Source: Lingula anatina
Taxonomy: Eukaryota; Animalia; Brachiopoda
Direction of reading: 5' to 3'
Assembly: GCA_051362555.1 (NCBI GenBank)
Contig: CM120649.1
Location: forward strand, 1,364,001-1,428,000
Length of the DNA: 64,000 bases
This document shows positions 38,348-51,204 of the stretch, piece after piece. Numbering within the stretch: the stretch's first letter is position 1; every line of letters begins with the position of its first letter. The notes under the pieces are model-generated. The model was not told the DNA's origin and searched no databases. It was given only the letters and a program-made list of their open reading frames with translations. The position numbers and the translations under genes were made by a program.

Positions 38348-39056
38348 CTACGTGTGCTGTTACTCGGGCAAACATGTGTATGTTTTCGTAGTCATCGTCA
38401 AGTTACATTTTTACAAGACGACTGTTTTGAAAGTTCAGAAGAACAGTGTTGTATTTGGGCTCTTGTAGCTTATCAACGGCCGTCGCATAAAATGAGCAAG
38501 CTCGACCCCCTCCCCCTCAGTCTAGATACTGTAGTTTATATAATTAATTAGTTCAGAGTAAATTTGTAAATTCTGGTTCTAACCTAATTGTCACGAAAGC
38601 AAAGGGGAGTCATTGTTTTATCTAACGGTAAGAACTTCTGTACATTGTAGAATATTCGTAATTCATTTACAGCCTATAACACTAACATCTAGATATGTAT
38701 ATACATGTAAGTCCACGTTTTCTCACACTAAAGCAAGTGAAAGTGAAAATGTATTATACCAGACTTATGTACGTAGTTTGCATGCCCATCAATGAATCTT
38801 GTCTTAAAAAGATCTGGAGACCCCCGATCCTTATGTCTCAAATATAATAATAACAATTACTCTAAAAAATGTCAAGCTTTTTCAAACCAAATAGGCCGAG
38901 TTGACAAACCAATTTCTTCTGAATATATCACCCATTAAGTGACAAGGAATCAACATGTTTTTGCCATTTTCTATTTTCATTAAATATCATGAAATGTTAT
39001 GAATTTGTTATACTTTCAGTCCAAACCCAAATTACACTGATGCTGCAAAAGAAATA

Positions 39057-39144
39057 ATGGATGTAATCACCAAATCAGCTGAAAGCGTTTTAAAACTTAT
39101 TGGAGAAACTTTGTCAGTTGAAAAGGTCCCAGACTCAGTGAAGG
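39057..39144 (+). CDS. TMEM256: TMEM256 homolog, first coding exon (MDVITKSAESVLKLIGETLSVEKVPDSVK)
   Basis: Acceptor tactttcag| at 39020, ATG at 39057, donor AAG G|gtgagt (phase 1) matching the next exon. Not part of the conserved core, so less certain. Confidence 0.7.
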
Positions 39145-39467
39145 GTGAGTTGGCTGCATCTGAGGTGCATTCAGAGATGATTGTAACTTAAAAAGTAATA
39201 ATTAAGTTAAGGCATGTTTCTTGTAACATTCAAATGCAAAACAATATTTGACTGTTTCAAGTGTTGCTTAATTTTAGAGCACTGAAATAAAAAGGTTTGC
39301 TTTTTTTTTTTTTGTTAATTAATTTAGTATAGGTGTTGTTTTATAATTGTAATTTATTTGTTAATTTATGTTAATTTTTGTGTCTGTCTTTTCTTCTACA
39401 AACATTGTAGAGATTTGACAAACATTTCAGAAACTCACATGTGATAACTTTGATATTTTCCTTCCAG

Positions 39468-39590
39468 CACTAGAGAAAGACGACCTTGTAAAGCTAATAG
39501 AAGAACACATGAGGACTGGGTCTATATTTGTGCGCGTGGCGGGGCTGTCTGGCGCACTCGCAGTATGCATGGGAGCATATGGAGCACATG
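39468..39590 (+). CDS. TMEM256: TMEM256 homolog exon (ALEKDDLVKLIEEHMRTGSIFVRVAGLSGALAVCMGAYGAH-G)
   Basis: ttttccttccag|CA ... CAT G|gtaaag. The F-x-R-x-A-G-L-S-G-A-x-A...GAYGAHG motif is characteristic of TMEM256/DUF423. Confidence 0.92.
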
Positions 39591-39709
39591 GTAAAGTACA
39601 TGAGACATGATTTACTAACTAAATTTGAACAGATTTGATCACTTACATTTCCCAAAATAAAGTTCTGAAAGTAATACAGTTCATGCCAAGAGTTATTATT
39701 TTTTATTGT

Positions 39710-39748
<39 letters not shown>

Positions 39749-40074
39749 TTTTTTTTTTTGTGAGTAGTAGTTCTGAAAAATGTTGAAACAAGTGATATAT
39801 AAGAAAAGAAACATTTGAAATCTGAGAGTTTTTGAGCATACTTAATGAGAAATGAGTGGGTGTCTTGTTTGAGAAAAAAAAACAATATTTGAGAACACCA
39901 TGTTTTAGCAGTCTGTGTCGGGTACTGTACAAGGTCAACAACAATGTTGGCTCTCTGATCTTGAAGCTGTTAAATGTTGGTCTAGTCTAGACTAGTATCT
40001 AGAGTTGAAAAACAAATGTAAGCCATGCCAATAACATGAGGACACTGTGACTTTGCTATTGGGATAAAATTGGG

Positions 40075-40075
<1 letters not shown>

Positions 40076-40126
<51 letters not shown>
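40076..40126. repeat. (TA)n in a TMEM256 intron
   Basis: Directly visible. Confidence 0.95.
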
Positions 40127-40129
<3 letters not shown>

Positions 40130-40192
40130 TGCTGTTGATTTTAACAAAGAATAATGTATGCCCTTACCTCATTAAGTTTATAATCGTTTCAG

Positions 40193-40224
40193 GATTGAGA
40201 AATGCTGACCCTGATAAGAGAAGT
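40193..40224 (+). CDS. TMEM256: TMEM256 homolog small exon (GLRNADPDKRS)
   Basis: atcgtttcag|GA ... AGT|gtaagt; 32 nt, phase 1 to phase 0, restores the frame. Confidence 0.88.
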
Positions 40225-40466
40225 GTAAGTAATTTTGTGCTAAAGGAGAAAAATTGAGTTAAACTTTATATCAAGTGTGCAGGTCAAAGTTATGATTGTA
40301 CTTGATTCAGTCTTGTAATTTTTTTTTTTGTACATTGTATGTTTCTTTTATTTCTTTCTGTTTGTGGAAAATAAGCATAAAGAGAAAAAAACAGGAAAAA
40401 AATTATACAATTATAGAACACACTTATATGTATACTTTTATGAAATCCATGATCTTTTTATCACAG

Positions 40467-40547
40467 GTTTATGAGACAGCCAATAAATATCACTTGATTC
40501 ACAGCCTAGCACTTTTGGGAACACCCCTCACAAGAAGACCTTTTCTG
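40467..40547 (+). CDS. TMEM256: TMEM256 homolog exon (VYETANKYHLIHSLALLGTPLTRRPFL)
   Basis: tttttatcacag|GTT ... CTG|gtgggt. TANKYH-x-x-HSLALL is the DUF423/TMEM256 motif. Confidence 0.93.
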
Positions 40548-40865
40548 GTGGGTTGAATACACTTAAGGCCAATTCCCAATCGAAACTAGTCTTAGTCTGC
40601 CCAACTATGCAGGGATCCTTGATGAATGCAATTTAGTCAAATCGGGTATTACCCCCCCCTCCCCAGCTAGAATTAAGACACAATAAAAAAGAAAGACGGA
40701 CAGATTTCAGCTAACATGTAATTTTTTTTTATATTTAATTGCAAAAAAAATAAAAAAATTAGTAAAATATTAAAATTACACAGAAAAAAAATACAAAATA
40801 AGCAATCATACTTGATTCAGACTTTACTTTTTTGCTAACACTATCTTTTTTAACCCGTTTTCCAG

Positions 40866-41009
40866 GTGGGGTCTCTACTCTGCTCCGGTATGCTTCTATT
40901 CTCAGGAAGTTGTTATTACTACTCTCTCACCGGACATGACACGGTGAGAAAGGTAACGCCATATGGAGGACTGTTACTTATAGCAGGCTGGTTTGCTATG
41001 GCCTTATAA
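40866..41009 (+). CDS. TMEM256: TMEM256 homolog last exon (VGSLLCSGMLLFSGSCYYYSLTGHDTVRKVTPYGGLLLIAGWFAMAL*)
   Basis: ccgttttccag|GTG ... TAA. G-x-x-LFSGSCYY and TPYGG...I-x-GW motifs. Full product is ~155 aa. Confidence 0.93.
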   Translation: MGSLLCSGMLLFSGSCYYYSLTGHDTVRKVTPYGGLLLIAGWFAMAL

Positions 41010-41729
41010 CATGACTGCTTTTAACCCAGTGGTCCAAAATTCAGTGCCGTGAACTGTTTAGAGATTTCTGTTTGTAATATTGACAATTGTTACATGGTGC
41101 TCTGCATCAGAATGGGCGTTTAAGATACCAGAAAGTTCAAGTTTGTGATCTGGTATGAGTGTATTATTGATGTGAAGAACAATCTTTGACTTTTTTTCCT
41201 TCCTCTAAGTGATTCATGAAGCAATAACAGAAGCATATGTATTGAAGTGTACCCAGCATTTTCGTCACTAGAGTACAAAAGTGTATAGAAATGCTGTTGA
41301 AGATTTCCCCAGCAAGTGGAGAGACTCACACCAGTAAACAATGGGGTTTTAGAGTAGAAAGTAGTAGACCAGTGTGAGTTAGAAAATGCACATAGTGAGT
41401 TTTATGTAGCAACTCTGCCTTTGTACAGCAGTCTTGAATTGGCTGCCATCATTAAAATGAAAAATTTAGAAAAATTAAGATTTTTTCATGAGGAATAGTA
41501 CACTGTCCCATGAATGGCTGGAAAATATTAAGAAATGACAAGGTATAATGAAGGTAATATAAGGGGGCAGATTGAGTCTTTTTTGTGATGAAGCAGCACC
41601 TGTTCACAGTTACTCCCAGTGTAAGTTTGAGATTTGTGATCAAGTACATATTCAAGTGATTCGTTTTCTTAGTATATTAGTATTTAGTTGCTAATTGTTA
41701 AATTGACCATCTTTTTATAACTTACCAAG

Positions 41730-41827
41730 TTATTATATTGAGAGTTTGGGGTCTAACGTACAAATAAAATCATTAATCTTATTATATTGAGAGTTTGGGG
41801 TCTAACGTACAAATAAAATGATTAATC
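41730..41827 (+). repeat. 49-bp tandem duplication, each copy containing AATAAA (probable TMEM256 poly(A) signal region)
   Basis: ttattatattgagagtttggggtctaacgtacaaataaaat(c/g)attaatc x2 (41730-41778, 41779-41827), one mismatch. Confidence 0.9.
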
Positions 41828-44818
41828 ATTGATTTATTACGCTCTCTCTCTCTCTCTCTCTCAAGTTCTGAACATTTGGATTTTAAGTTTGCATTAATTT
41901 AGCATTAAGACGTAGCTAGATTTGACAAACATTTTAAGAAGTTGAAACCAACTTCCCAGTCATCGCAACTGTACGTGTACAGCCACGCTTTCTTCGCTAA
42001 CACACTCGGTCGTGTCGGGGCACCGTTGCCGCAGCACAACTGTATTGTAAAGAATTATCTAAAAGGACCCTTACTCATTTTCTACTAGCAAATAAATTAT
42101 GTTGGAGGGCATCGCTCTTGTGTGCATAAAATGTGGATCTGTAGGCAAATCTTTTATGACCTTTGTGAAGCGAACGTGATGAAACGTGGATGCATCACTG
42201 AGTGGCGGTGCCGTCAGAAATTTGATCCTATAATTTGTAGAACCGATGGCTAGATGCGTAAATGGAAAAAGCGTCAGCTTTCTGCAGAGAAATACAAGTT
42301 ATGAAAATAAGTGATTGGATAAATATACGCATAAAGTGATGAATGAAGACAGATATCAAGTAATTGTGCCGAAGTTGAAACTTTATGCCTAGCACGATTG
42401 GTCGAAAATTAATTGTCATCTATGACGTAAAAGTTTTTCGTAACGCATGACGTCATAAGAGTGCTACGTCACCATGCTGTGGTAACGCGGATTCGCTTTT
42501 TGTTTGCCAGGAAGCAACGCAAGTTTTCACGCTGTCTTAATTGTGTTATGATATCATATCTGCGCGCCTTTGCCATATGACATGATGAAGAATTATACGC
42601 GATTTTAGGTAAGTTGACAAAACGTGTACTTGCATGTGTGGCTGTGCATGAAATAGTGTGTTCAGTACGTGTTTTCAGATAGTACTCAAATTGTTTACAT
42701 TGATATATAACAGAAAAAGTTTTTTGAGAAAAGTTCAAGCTCAAATAAAGGGTAAAAAAGCGTCAGTTGGGTATGGTAGATTTACTTACGAGAATGCGTG
42801 TTGACAAGCTGAAATATTCTTTTTGTTGCTATTGTTATCATGATTGCCCAACACGCGAAAAAGAACGCTACTGCAGGAATACAATCACACAGAGAAACTG
42901 ATCCTCCTTTCCACAAACCTTAAGAGAGTGGGCAAAATTTTCTTTTCGCACGTAGGATAAGAAAATTTTATATTTACCGAATTTAGCCCCTTTGCTTTGT
43001 TTTAAATAACGGAAAAGCGGTAATTTAGATAGTGCTACAGGTAGGGTCTCATTATTTTAAATTTTCTCTCACATTTAACAATGGAATTGTGCCCCCTCAC
43101 ATAATATTATCACACACACATACACACGCACGAACTCACACACTCACTCACAAATTCACACACACGCGCGCGCGCACACACACACACGGTCACCATTCAC
43201 ACGTTTCCGATCTTCAACGTTATATATATAAACTTGCCTGTACAACTTTGTAGTACCTTATTCTTGTTTCCTGATATCACAGTATTTTGTAACACGCAAC
43301 TGGAAAATTAGAATCCAAAAACGGATTTACGGCTCGTTATTTTGTCAACGGTTGTGCACATGGTATACCTTGATAATTAAAGAAAAAAGTTTAAACTGCC
43401 GGTAATGTTATTTATGTAAAGTCTAATTCTCATGGCGTATTATTAATTCTGTCTCCAATTTTATCAGCTGAGTATTAGAGAGTTGTAGGACTTCAACAGT
43501 AGTTTAAACTGCATCTTCATAAGTGTCGCTTTCTTTCATGATTGGTATTTATCATGCATACATTGATTAGTTTATAATAATTTTAATCAGCTTCCAAATA
43601 GACGAATTCACGCCCAGTGCAGCGTTGTAACGTTCAGTCACCCTCAGCTGTGTCGCTTTCTCTTATTTTTGATGTTTGTCATTTACGAAGTGAATATTTT
43701 TATGAAAGTTGATTAGCATTCAAATAGAATTATTGACGACTACAGCATCAGTATAACGATTCCTTTAGATTTAATAGTGTATAGGAACTTGAATGAGTTT
43801 TGACAGAGAGAAAGAGAGAGAGAGAGGTATCGTTTATTGATGAAAAAATAAAGGGATAACCCCCATTCATAAGGACCTCTTTTGGTTACATTAGTGGTGT
43901 GTACCATATCACATACCGGCATAACGATATCTGTATCCGAAAGTTCCTTCCAGAAAGAAGATTCTGTCCCATCTCATATAATTATACGAAAGATAATAAA
44001 AAATATTATGTCATTTCAAAAAAATATAGAACAGAAAGGAAACCATTTCACTTTTACTTTGACTTCATTTAACCCAAATATATAGGAAAAAAATTCTAGG
44101 GGCTAAAAAGCACTTTATTATGTGGCAAAGAGAACACGACCAGCTTTAGATTTAGTAAATATTCCTATACGAGTTTTGGAATCAGGAAAGAAGTCCATAT
44201 AAAATAGAGTTTATCTAAGCAGTGGCGGACCCCCTGAATCCACCACTGCTAAAAGTACAAACAGTAAATAACGTTCAACATATAAACCCATCATTTGGCT
44301 GTAAATGAGATTCTAATCATTACTACGCCGGAAAACGAGTTCTTTCATGTTTTTCTTTAACTTACTCGTAGTGCCAGATCATATCAAGGATGCCACTGGG
44401 ACCAGTTGATGCTCACCTATGCGCATTTGTGTTAATATTTGCTTAAAGATGGCCTAGAAACATACCTGGTGTCCCAGTCATCTGGTCTGTACCTCACCTG
44501 TACTACTCCAGCACAGGTGTGCTTTTATGATTAATGTATCTTCGTTACAAGTCGTCTGGCAGTGCTTTGGTCTATGTAAAAACTAAATGGACTGAATGGC
44601 GGCGTTTGCTGCATAACGTATGGAAACATTTGGATACAGGCGCTTAGGAAGCCATTTCAATTGTGTGTATGTGTGTGTGGGGGGGGGGGGGGGGGATCTG
44701 TTCATCTAAAAAATAGCGACGGAGGAGGGGGATGCTCCCTCAGTCTGTCTTGCATCCTGCACACATGATATAACCGACTTGATTAAAAGAGAGAAAGAGA
44801 GAGAGAGAGGGAGAGGGT

Positions 44819-44850
<32 letters not shown>

Positions 44851-47699
44851 CAGTTTTTGGTGGAGTTATGTAGTTACATTTGAAGCAATTGGCTCCTTAA
44901 TTCGTCTGCATGGTAAAAGTATAATCTCACCGCTCGGTATTTACCTGTTTGTTGCGCTCAGTGAATCTGAAAAAGAAATTAGCCGCAACATACAGCTGAT
45001 TTGTTGAACTTGTACGCTCTTGTTTGATGAACATACTATTCCCTTTTTAATGAAGTGTTCAGTTTTTATCTAAAATAATTGGCTAAGTTGTAAAAAATCT
45101 TCATAAAAATGCTGTAAATTGTCCAAATGACATTTATATCTTAAATCAGAATATGACAGTAATATGATGATACTATTAATAGCAGTGAGCCCCCATCAAA
45201 TGCCTCGCATATCGTATACTAATGGCATTGCACTGTGCAATTCATAATGAATGTTAGCACTTTGTAATTCTTGAATAGGGCTTAATAATGTTTCGCAAAT
45301 AGCAAGCCTAAAATTTAGACCAAACATTTGAATTCGTTATACTTATTGGCTGAATGAAAAAATAACGGAGAGAAAAGTGAGGACTGGGAATACCTATTGC
45401 GTTTCGCGTGACTTTTCAGGGTAGACCGCGTGGTTGCCTTTATTTTTCGAACGTGATGTGTTATTTGAGCCCAATATTCTGCGTGAAACACGATTCAGGA
45501 ATTCTTGGTGATTTGTGATTGTCCTGAATATATCTTTGTGAATGGTGATTGAGCTGTTTTAATCTTGGTGATTGGTGATTAAGGGGGGTATTCTCTACCC
45601 TGAAAAGTAAGATAAATAAGTGATTTTTTCTCATTATCTCCACGTGCGCACACGTATTTCGCCACATTCTGAAGGCTTTGGCTGTGAGTTTCAATATACT
45701 TACTTTTCAGTTGACGCTTCATACACATACTCATCAGAGTGGCTGCCGATAAAATAGGCATCAAAGAAAATGTCAAGACCATGTGTCCGATGTGTTATGA
45801 TGCAGTAGCCAAGTTATTTACGTTAATGTTATAAATGTAACCGTCGTTTATTGAATGGCTAGTGCTTGTCGTGTAGTGTAAACGAGCGACTGGTTAACGA
45901 GATCGAAATGACCTTGTATTAACAAGGAATACCATTCAACACGCCGCAGAAACAAGATTGCCGTATCTGCAATATTTAGATCCATTTTAGATAACTGTTC
46001 CCTAAGCAAAGCGGACAGTGCTATGGTTAGCTAATGGTTATGGCGGAGTCACTGGGAAACATCCGAGAGAGACCGAAATCTCGCGAACTTGCTTAAAATA
46101 AAGCGAGATTTCGCGGGATTTGAGGAGAGTGGGGTTAGAAATAATGGCAGACTAGCGGGTGCAGCAATGAGTGAAAGTTGACAGAATGTACTTGTATGAA
46201 CCTTTTATCATCTATCTGTTTTCTCTAACTTCTGTCGAAATTTGGTCTTCATGTATTGCACAGTACTGCGAATTTACCATATTTTGAGTTTTATTTTAGC
46301 ACTGTTTTAAGACAACCTTCCCGAATTTTATCCTGATCAGACAACAGTTATAACAACATCTCACGTGGATTCACACACGTTTTTCAGTTTTGCATGTCAC
46401 AGCGCCAATAACATCGTTCTAGGATACCTGGGCTGATCGTCACCCATCGTGCCGCAGGCAGTCTAGTTCCTGGATTTTTCAGGTATTATATCACATCAAG
46501 ACCATTTACATTTGTACCTCCTGCCTAGGACCTCCATGCAGCTAAACATTGCAGAAGTGAATTAAAGCCGCCCCCCCCCCCCCTCCGTCACGGCCCTCCG
46601 AGTGCACATGTAGGTAGCACAGTGAAATACGGATATTGAAATGATGAATCACTACTCTTATTAATACAGAATACATGTATGTTTAATTTCCTACATTTTC
46701 CCAGAAACAAGTTGCCAAACATACCTGAATGCGAGAAAGGGCTAGAAGGATAGCGCTTGTCAGAGCGCCAAAATGGCCTGAAAAGTACCCTCGTCTTAAA
46801 TGCTGATTAGGTTGAAAATCCAACTGATATCAGACACCCGTCATACGGATACACGGCGAGGGCAGTTGTTTTGAAGTAGGTATAGGTAGGAAGGTCATTT
46901 TGGCACGTTCAAACCAGATCCAGCTTCAGTAAAAGTTGTCTGATTGACGTCATAAGCTTAAGGCTATCGTACTTAATAACACTGTCTGCAAACTAGGTGG
47001 GGGTGTAGGGGGGGGGGGGGGCTCTCCAATGAGGTTCCAATGAGGTTTCTGCTGTGTTCCCTGCATTATATGACATCCACTCAGGTTACTTCCGGTTGTA
47101 GAAATGTCCGTTTGCGCGCGACATTGGATCCTTTTATCTCTCTTATTACATAACAGAGAGATTTTTTTAGGTCACCCCCAATTCTTGTTTCAGTGCATTT
47201 AAATACAGAACCCCATCGGCAGTTTGGTTCACAAAGTTTTTAAACCACTACAGCTTCATTTCTTAAAGAAAAAAAACAGATAGTGCCCTGTTTCAAGAAA
47301 AACCTAAATGTTGCAGTCCAAGAGCGAAAATGCGCGGACCTAAATCCAATTATTTAATGGAGGTCTCTATAAGTACGTAATTCTTAAACAGTAAGATGTC
47401 AGCATATAGGTGGGCATGTACAAGGCTAGTTGATGAGGTACTGGTCGAGACTGCTTTCAATAATATGCCAAAATGGAGTTCTTATTAGTCCTCTCAAAGA
47501 TTCGGAGGCCAAAATTGGTAGCTTTATAAGCAGTTGAACCGCTGTGCGGTGGAATCGGTTGATTTGGGAGAACCCCATTTTTATTGTGCAGTAGTAATTA
47601 AGGTATATAAAGAATTTTGATCGTACAAAATGTTCGCAATAACATCAGCCCACGTACAGTATTAAGGTACTATTTATGTAGAGGTTAGCAACCCACACG

Positions 47700-48361
47700 C
47701 ACCCTGAGCTTCAGACCCCTTGATAAACTGACCCCTTGACACTAACCTCTTCACTTTGGCCTATCTTCATCGTGTCAAGTTACCTCTGACCACATTCGAT
47801 TGCCCCCGCCGCCCGCCAAACAAATTTAAAGCCCGCACTCAATGACTCATTGAACGATCTAGCCAATGAACGCGAATGAGTCAAAGCGCGCTTTGTTCAA
47901 ATCCGGACCAATCAAAGATAAGGCTGCACGTAAAATACATCATCCCTCAGTATATAATGATGCAGGGCCTCAAACTGCTCTGGTTTCAATTCCGATATAC
48001 TCATATTTTGCAAAGAATCTAGAGATAACTTAACACATTATTTTAAGTAGTCACTCGTAGGAGACGCCATGCTTTCTTTGTGTACGGTTATGCACTCGGA
48101 ACTACTCGGATGTCTCCGCACTCGACAATAACTTTGTTGTTAGTATGGAGCTTGCGGAATCAGCCGAGGATTACCGATTGACGGTCAACCAATCAGCGTT
48201 TTCACCAAACTTTGGTGAAAAATTTTGAAACTTGGATTCGATTGGCTTATATAAACTAGGTCAAACTATTTTCGTCAGAGGTATATAACTTGACACGATG
48301 AAGATAGGCTATAGTGAAGAGGTACAGTGTAAGTGTCAAGTTATCTCTGAAACCCAGGGTG
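47700..48361. mobile_element. Non-autonomous DNA transposon with ~90-bp imperfect TIRs and 8-bp TSD (hAT- or P-like)
   Basis: CCCACACG|CACCCTGAGCTTCAGA...GCCTATCTTCATCGTGTCAAGTTA ... TAACTTGACACGATGAAGATAGGC...TCTGAAACCCAGGGTG|CCCACACG. No transposase ORF inside. Confidence 0.88.
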
Positions 48362-49618
48362 CCCACACGCTGAGTACTCATTATTATGAAGAATAGTTTC
48401 TAAAATCACGTGCCGGTGTAGGTTTGATAAACTGACCCCTGGCTGTCCAGAAATGCCTAGATGATTGAATAGTTAATCAGACTTTGTAATCAGCTGCATC
48501 ATGTTCATCTTCATCGTTAATTATCATTGCTTGTTATCATTCCGACCTCGTATTGTTTTAAATATACATGTATCACAAGCACAATCCTGTATTTGGCTTG
48601 GCTTGCGTTTTGCATCTTTAACTTCATATATTTATGAAATATTGTAATTGTTATCCATCAAATATCATAGTAAGATTCCAAAAATACATGAAAAATACCT
48701 AAAAATAATGATATCTTTTTATCTAAAAAACGGATTGAGTTTTTAAATGGATAGACATCCATGCGTTTTGCGGCCAGGCGCATGGATAATGCAATGCCTC
48801 CATTTGTCAACATGCTGACGCTAATGACTTCGAAAGTAAGACCATATTTCAACATATAAATCTATACTCGTCAATCCCTTCGACTTTAATGCTTTTCGGA
48901 GCTGTATTGGACGTTTACTTCGATCTATACGTGTGGCCAGTTGGCTGATAGACATATACTGTGATTTGTGTTCTGTAGATCGTTTCCGATTAATCCAAGT
49001 TTGTCGGAAATATCCGGAGTTGCGGTCTTATCTAGAAAAGCTCTGGACATTTTGGACAGTTGATAGAGGCGGTAGAGCTTTAATTACTGATAAAATATGA
49101 GGTTGTCCATCATAATGTTTATGCGCTGAATTTAAAATAACTATAAATAATACATACTATACACTATACATAACATATTGACTATATGCAGTGCACTAGC
49201 GGATCCATTATCTTATTGTTGAATGGGGAAAGGGGGCAAAGATCGAAGATTTTGTTTCACTTCGTTCAGCAAATATAAAAAAGTAGACGACGACAAGTCT
49301 ACTGCATAGCATATCACACTGACGTAGATGATCGCAGGGTACCCCAAGGCTTTTTGCGATAGCCGTTGCCAATAATTAAAGTTGTAATGAATAGAGTTGA
49401 CAATCTCAGCCGGTTTCCGAAGGCTGTGAAAGGATATTTCATAGTTTACCTTTGATCCCAAATGTTTCCGGTCTCAGTTATTTGCTACTGATATACTGAA
49501 ATAAGTTGCATTGGTGGCAATTAAATAGTGTACATCTATAGCGGTTTCAACATTCCCGTGCTTAATTTTACGTGAGCATGTATAGCGACATACCTTTAAA
49601 ACTTCTGATGAATATTTA

Positions 49619-49846
49619 GATCGCATTCACAACGAGTTGAACCAGGCTTTACAAATCCTGGGACTAAATATGCCTCCCCATGTGTCGTCCCAATGGAGCC
49701 GAGATTTAATGACTGTACCCCCGCAGGGGAGGCGTGTGAGAGGCGGAGAGACTATTAAAAGATTAGGCGGTTTTTCTTTCATGTACGTCAGCCACATTTA
49801 GTCCCAGGATTTGTAAAGCCTGGCTCAACTCGATGTGAATGTGGTC
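49619..49846. mobile_element. MITE family 2 (PIF/Harbinger-like, TTA TSD, ~44-bp TIRs)
   Basis: TTA|GATCGCATTCACAACGAGTTGAACCAGGCTTTACAAATCCTGGGACTAAAT ... ATTTAGTCCCAGGATTTGTAAAGCCTGGCTCAACTCGATGTGAATGTGGTC|TTA. Confidence 0.88.
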
Positions 49847-50959
49847 TTATACATTTTTTGTTCAAAACAGTCTCCGTGCAGTGATAAGCACACTTTCCAA
49901 TGTTCATTGTTTTCTTGCGCCGTTCGTGATGTTTTCAAAATTGTCATTGGCATCATTTATTGTTCGTGCTCATACACCCAGTATCTTCGTTACAATGTTA
50001 CAATAATGGAATCATTATCCTTTTTTCATTACACAGTCAATATGTATAACAAACACAATGTACTGCTCACCCAAGCGCTCGTGGGATTATTGCGGCTCAT
50101 TTTGCTGTCGCCGATTGCTATTATCTGCTCCGTCGCGTGTTAAACAGCCAGTCATGTTACCATTGTCAGCTCCCCATGTTTCAGAGGAAAAAGATGTTTG
50201 TTTTCTTTCCTTTTTATTGTTATTAAGGTTGAACTAAATATCATCCTTACCTACGTTAGTATAGTATCCAGTGTATGAGTGTATAGTGCTTGTTAATGAC
50301 CGCTTATGTAGAAAACACGTTTTGTGTTTTGTCAAGGTGTTGGTGCGTTAACATTTTTTCTTCCAATTGTGCGCGTAAGACTTAAATTAAAAAAATTAAA
50401 ACGTATATAATGGCCACCTGGAATGACAAGTTCTTATTCCCCAGCTATCAATAACAGATTCTGATATCACAAACCGACTACAGCCCCAAACTTTTAGACG
50501 CAACATTTGGTCTGCTATTGATCAAAGTAAGTCCACAGTTGTCCACTTAACAAAGATTTTTTTAATGTCCGTGTCTCCCCAGTAATAAAACAGGCGCCTT
50601 GTTTTATCTAATTGAGCCACTGGCTATTTATTTTGTGTCAAAGTGGCAAGAATTGTTATCTGAAAGTTAAGGCCAGTTCTCAGACTAGAGATCTTTTCTG
50701 AAACAGGCGCCAAGTCAAAAAGGTCGGAAAGCGGCTCTCGTGAGAAATGATATTCCATTTAAGTGGAAGTACAGTAAGAATAGACCTTAATTTATCCTTG
50801 TTAAGTTTGACATGTAAGAGAGGGAAGGAGATAAGGCCTCGTTTTTTGCACCAAACAAGATTTATTTCTCCGCCAATGTCTGTCCGATAGGGACATTTCC
50901 CTAGACAAAAAATGTTCTGATATCCATGACTTCGTCCACTTCAACTTCCTCTTCAAATG

Positions 50960-51204
50960 TGACGTCAACCGGGTATCTAGGAAAACGTGGACTTGCGGCG
51001 TCTTTAGGGAAAAATAATTCGATTCTGCACGATGACAGCTGCGTTCGAACATTGGGTGCTATAATTTACCGTCTCTTCACATAATCTCAGGCTGCTTTTC
51101 GCCACGCTTCAATAAAGAAGTCTCCCTCTCTCATTGATCTTTATTGACAGGCTTTGACGTCATACACAGAGAGTAGCGCTCACGTGACGTCTTCCGACCA
51201 ATCA
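50960..51204 (+). promoter_or_regulatory. Possible promoter: clustered CRE, E-box and CCAAT motifs
   Basis: TGACGTCA at 50960 and 51155, TCACGTGACGTC at 51180, CCAATCA at 51198. Motif content only. Confidence 0.35.

Noticed and set aside
44218-44252. Hairpin cagtggcgga...tccaccactg as an RNA gene or terminator
   Set aside because: Most likely the two abutting termini of an internally deleted DNA transposon; no clear TSD or RNA-gene features.
46074-46113. 11-bp inverted repeat cgaaatctcgc...gcgagatttcg with TCTCGCGA-like motifs
   Set aside because: Promoter-like motif, but no linked exon was identified, so it cannot be supported as a feature.
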